Part shown: piece after piece, positions 60,643 through 64,000 of the stretch | Layout of the letters: every line of letters begins with the position of its first letter | How positions within the stretch are numbered: the stretch's first letter is position 1 | NCBI GenBank assembly: GCA_004764695.1 | Contig: SMSO01000037.1 | Coordinates: 3,696,747 to 3,760,746 of the forward strand | From: Schizochytrium sp. TIO01 | Taxonomy: Eukaryota > Protista > Bigyra: Labyrinthulomycetes | Length of the DNA: 64,000 bases | Reading direction: 5' to 3' | Translations under genes and position numbers: made by a program | Notes under the pieces: generated by a model | Seen by the model: the letters and a program-made list of their open reading frames with translations, nothing else | The model's database searches: none | Told to the model about the DNA's origin: nothing

Positions 60643-61499
60643 GTAGGGAGCTGTTTCGATAGTTGTCGGAATATGTGTGTTGATCGTACCCTGTCAGAGC
60701 AAGGTAGAATCACTCAATTCTTGCATAGTAATTTAATTTGAGAGTAAAAGCGAAAGCAGCACGACCACCTCTACTATTGCTGCCGTTGCTACTACTACTA
60801 CCACATACATATTTTTAGAAAGTCTCCCTGTTGTGTCTTGTGTTTAGGACTACTTTGCGTTGTTGACTGCTGTCGTGTGCTTAGTCACATCTCTATAGGT
60901 CGATGGCCTGCCCCAGGCATACTGTCAAGCGTGATAAGAAAAAGAAAATTCATTCGTGTCAGTCCAAAGGAATGTTGGGCTCAGTTTGAGTGCTTGCATC
61001 CTTACTCCACCTCCTATTCGACTTGCTTAGATTGAACGTTGAATTCCAAATAACAACATGAAAAAGGTTCTTTTACAAGTCCCATGAATGTATCTTTTCT
61101 CTTATATGGAATCGCTATTCTGCTAAGCGCAAGTGCTGTACTGTAATGATTTAAAAAAAAGAGAGGGTGCCTTCCTTTCTAGTCGTAGTTAGCTTGTCTT
61201 TCCTTGTCCATCTCACTCAATTCCTGAATCGCGTTTTTCTGCTCTTGTGGTCGATCACGTCGCATAATCGGACTATATAATTGTGATAGGATATATATCT
61301 AACAAAGCAACAAGCCACCTTTCAAATAGCAATCATACCCCTAAAACTAAGTTATTTTGAAAAAATTGAAAAAATTAACCACTTAAGGATAGGTTGCACC
61401 TAGGGGAAAGTCGATGGGGATAAACATACATGAAGGTTGGAGCCTGTTTGTAAATGACACGTTTCAGACACAGAAAGAAAGGTTTATTGCTTCGATCCA

Positions 61500-62831
61500 T
61501 TAATCTTCTATGTCCAAAGCTACATCAGTTGCTGACCTCGTGTACTTCTTTATGCACTCACAATAGGGTGACTGACAACAATTCTCCGAACATTTGTCGG
61601 TCTTACAGTTTGGCGTTTCAGATGTCTTAGAAACCATGCAACTGGTGCAGCCGCTGTCTTTACCCATGTTCCAACATTGAGCCTTTGAAGTCAATTCTGC
61701 ATTTTGACAACCGAGTCTTGAACCACACCAGTTACACTGGTAGAAATCATTACCGCTTGCTACGCATCCCTTCGGGGTATTTTTAAGAGGGTTGTTGCAG
61801 GGACTCTGATAGCAACCTGCAGTACTAAATCCTCGCGCTGCGTTCATTTCTTTAGTATACCACACACAACGCCCCCCAGTATGCTGGATAGTGCAGTGAC
61901 CATTGTTAATGCGAAAACATGGGTCGGGCACACATGTGGAAGCTTCTGATGTTTTGACAGAGCTATAAGTATTTGCAGCCCACAAAGTGCCGACCCACAT
62001 GCACCCGTTTGTTTGCTTACATTCGGTTCGGTTGTATTCTAAGCACGTTTCGTCGTTTTGGTTGAGCATCGCTGTTGTGTAAGCGCTGTTGGCGCACGTG
62101 CTGAAAGCAGTGTCTGCGTCACGGTTGTTAATTTCTTCGTAAATTGCTAAGCAAGTACTACCCTCAGTTAAATATTTGCGATCCTTTGCTTTAATAGTAA
62201 TTGCGCTGCTTATCGACGACTTGCGACGCCGGCGGCGCTTTCTAAGTGCTCGACGATTATTCGTAGAGTCGTTAAGGTCCATGTCAGCTTCAGTAAAAGC
62301 TGATGGAGAAGGCGTGGCGATGTTACTTCCATCAGTCACGCTTTCGCGCCAATCGCTGAAGTAAGCGTCAGTGGCGTCACCATCGAGCGCACGACGGCTC
62401 TTGATATCATTATCATCGTCATCTTCACCATCTTCGTCATCAATAGGAAACATGTCTACAAGATGTCTGCTACTGTAGAAGTCCCCATCTTCGTCGTCAT
62501 CTTCGTCGTCATCTTCGTCGCTTTCGTCATCTTCATCCTCTTCCTCACTAGTACCCTCCCCATCTGAGGAAAGCTTTCGCTGTTGCTTCTCATCAATGAG
62601 GTGGCCTGATTCAATCTCCCCATTTTCATCCGCTCCAAAAAAGTCAGTTTGAAGCAGAGATGCGGCAAGCTCGCGAGCTTCGTCATTAGACATTTTCCTA
62701 TTTTTCAGGATATTATGCACTTGATCTACGACTTCATCAATTTCCCGGGCACCACGGAGTTCACGGCCATGCGAAAAGGCAATAGCAATGATTACACCAA
62801 GAATTGCAAGAGGCTGAAAGAGGCGAGCCAT
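61500..62831 (-). CDS. Secreted precursor: signal peptide, acidic pro-region with RxL motifs and a 24-Cys C-terminal domain
   Basis: Signal MARLFQPLAILGVIIAIAFS, D/E tracts, RKL/RHL/RRAL/RRALRKRRRRRK motifs, and CMW/CVW/CNWC cysteine repeats. Confidence 0.8.
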   Translation of the reverse strand: MARLFQPLAILGVIIAIAFSHGRELRGAREIDEVVDQVHNILKNRKMSNDEARELAASLLQTDFFGADENGEIESGHLIDEKQQRKLSSDGEGTSEEEDEDDESDEDDDEDDDEDGDFYSSRHLVDMFPIDDEDGEDDDDNDIKSRRALDGDATDAYFSDWRESVTDGSNIATPSPSAFTEADMDLNDSTNNRRALRKRRRRRKSSISSAITIKAKDRKYLTEGSTCLAIYEEINNRDADTAFSTCANSAYTTAMLNQNDETCLEYNRTECKQTNGCMWVGTLWAANTYSSVKTSEASTCVPDPCFRINNGHCTIQHTGGRCVWYTKEMNAARGFSTAGCYQSPCNNPLKNTPKGCVASGNDFYQCNWCGSRLGCQNAELTSKAQCWNMGKDSGCTSCMVSKTSETPNCKTDKCSENCCQSPYCECIKKYTRSATDVALDIED

Positions 62832-64000
62832 TTTCCCTTGCTAGGTCTTTCACCAATGACTTGCTTTGGCAGAGTCTTTGCCACGCAGGCAGCGGGACAC
62901 CAAGAAGCAGATCTTAATTGTGAATCTAAGATGTGCTTCTTTGCCTAAGAGATCCTTGCGAAGAGGACAGGTATTGCGTTTCAGGTTCAATGTTTCAGAT
63001 ATTCTGGTTTTGCTTGTATTGAAATCTGAGTTTTTGCTCTCTTGTTCGATTCCCTTGCTTCAATGAACATTTAGAGTTCGTATAGGTTCGAGCTCAAGAA
63101 TCAAGCATAAATTACAATAGTATAAGAAAGGTTGATATCCTGTAATTTAGTATCGAAAAGTCATACCATTTTTTTCTTTACAACTGATTTCCCGCGCGCA
63201 GGTCTCCGCGTTGGTTCGGGAACGAAAAGTGCCAGAATAATGGAGACTTTCTATTTCTTTAACATATATACATATTGTTCGCCGACACTGATTCACCCAA
63301 GTCCGCGCTCCTTATCTTTATCTAAGCATATAGAGAGGAGAAGTTTCTTAGTCTCTACAGACCATACGAAGGTAGTTAGATCCGTTAATCTAGCGCGGTA
63401 AGTACAACTATAACTGCGGACCAGTCATGCTGCCGCGGCGTACACAGTTCACGAAAAGCGAAAGTAAAGTACATTCCCTGTTGAAAAGGCCTAAGGATAA
63501 GTTTATGCAGAATCTAACGCATACACCATCTTTATTCTTCGGGGTACGCGAGGACGCTCTAGACTTTGCGTATAGCCTTGAGGTTGTTTAACTGAAAAAT
63601 CAGATGCTGCTTTTTCGCATCTCAGAGTAAAAACGCATTTGTCTATTTAACGATGCCACCCAGCTAGAAGCGCTTGGTAGGTAGTTATCCAATGTGCTGT
63701 CAAAAATATGCGAATATGCGTTTAACTCTAAGAAGGAACCTCCTCTCTACTTAGTTGCACACTAGCGAGAAAAGGCTCTAGCACTTTCAGCTACTAAAAG
63801 TAACCAACCGCAAATCCGCTTGAAGGTCTACTTCCTGCTAGCAAAGGCTCCAACTCACGGACTATAACTGTTTTATCATTATTTATCCATCATGATGCCA
63901 ATGCAGGACTAGATTAATCTCCAGGTGACAACAGTGCTAGCTAGATAGTCACCTTTGTTTGTTTTTGCAAGATTGGAAAAAAATAAAAATAAATAAATAT

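Overview
Eukaryotic nuclear DNA: intron-poor genes with GT-AG introns, long intergenic spacers and many AAAG/AATC/TTTG microsatellites. The gene content and style suggest a flagellated heterotrophic protist, probably a thraustochytrid/labyrinthulomycete (inference, not verified). About 15 genes are supported: a bacterial-type HpxO-like FAD monooxygenase, a 45-aa armadillo-repeat array, a mitochondrial CBS-pair protein, a mitochondrial-presequence protein with a degenerate Crinkler-type P-loop NTPase, COX10, a 3-exon DEP-Myb-C2-glycosyltransferase fusion, a frameshifted U2AF65-like protein, an RVxF/CSRNP-N-like protein, a small CxxC protein, an ABCG half-transporter, a receptor kinase with tandem kinase+pseudokinase, CFAP45, a 3-exon SKI3/TTC37-like TPR protein, MED4 and a secreted RxL-repeat/Cys-rich precursor. 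There is also an SDR pseudogene and a decayed tail of the ARM array. The strongest leads for new biology are the DEP-Myb-C2-GT1 fusion, the apparently inactivated effector-type NTPase with a mitochondrial presequence, the modular ARM array and the kinase-pseudokinase receptor. No rRNA, tRNA, CRISPR array or intact transposon was recognised. All family assignments come from motifs recognised by eye; no database searches were run.
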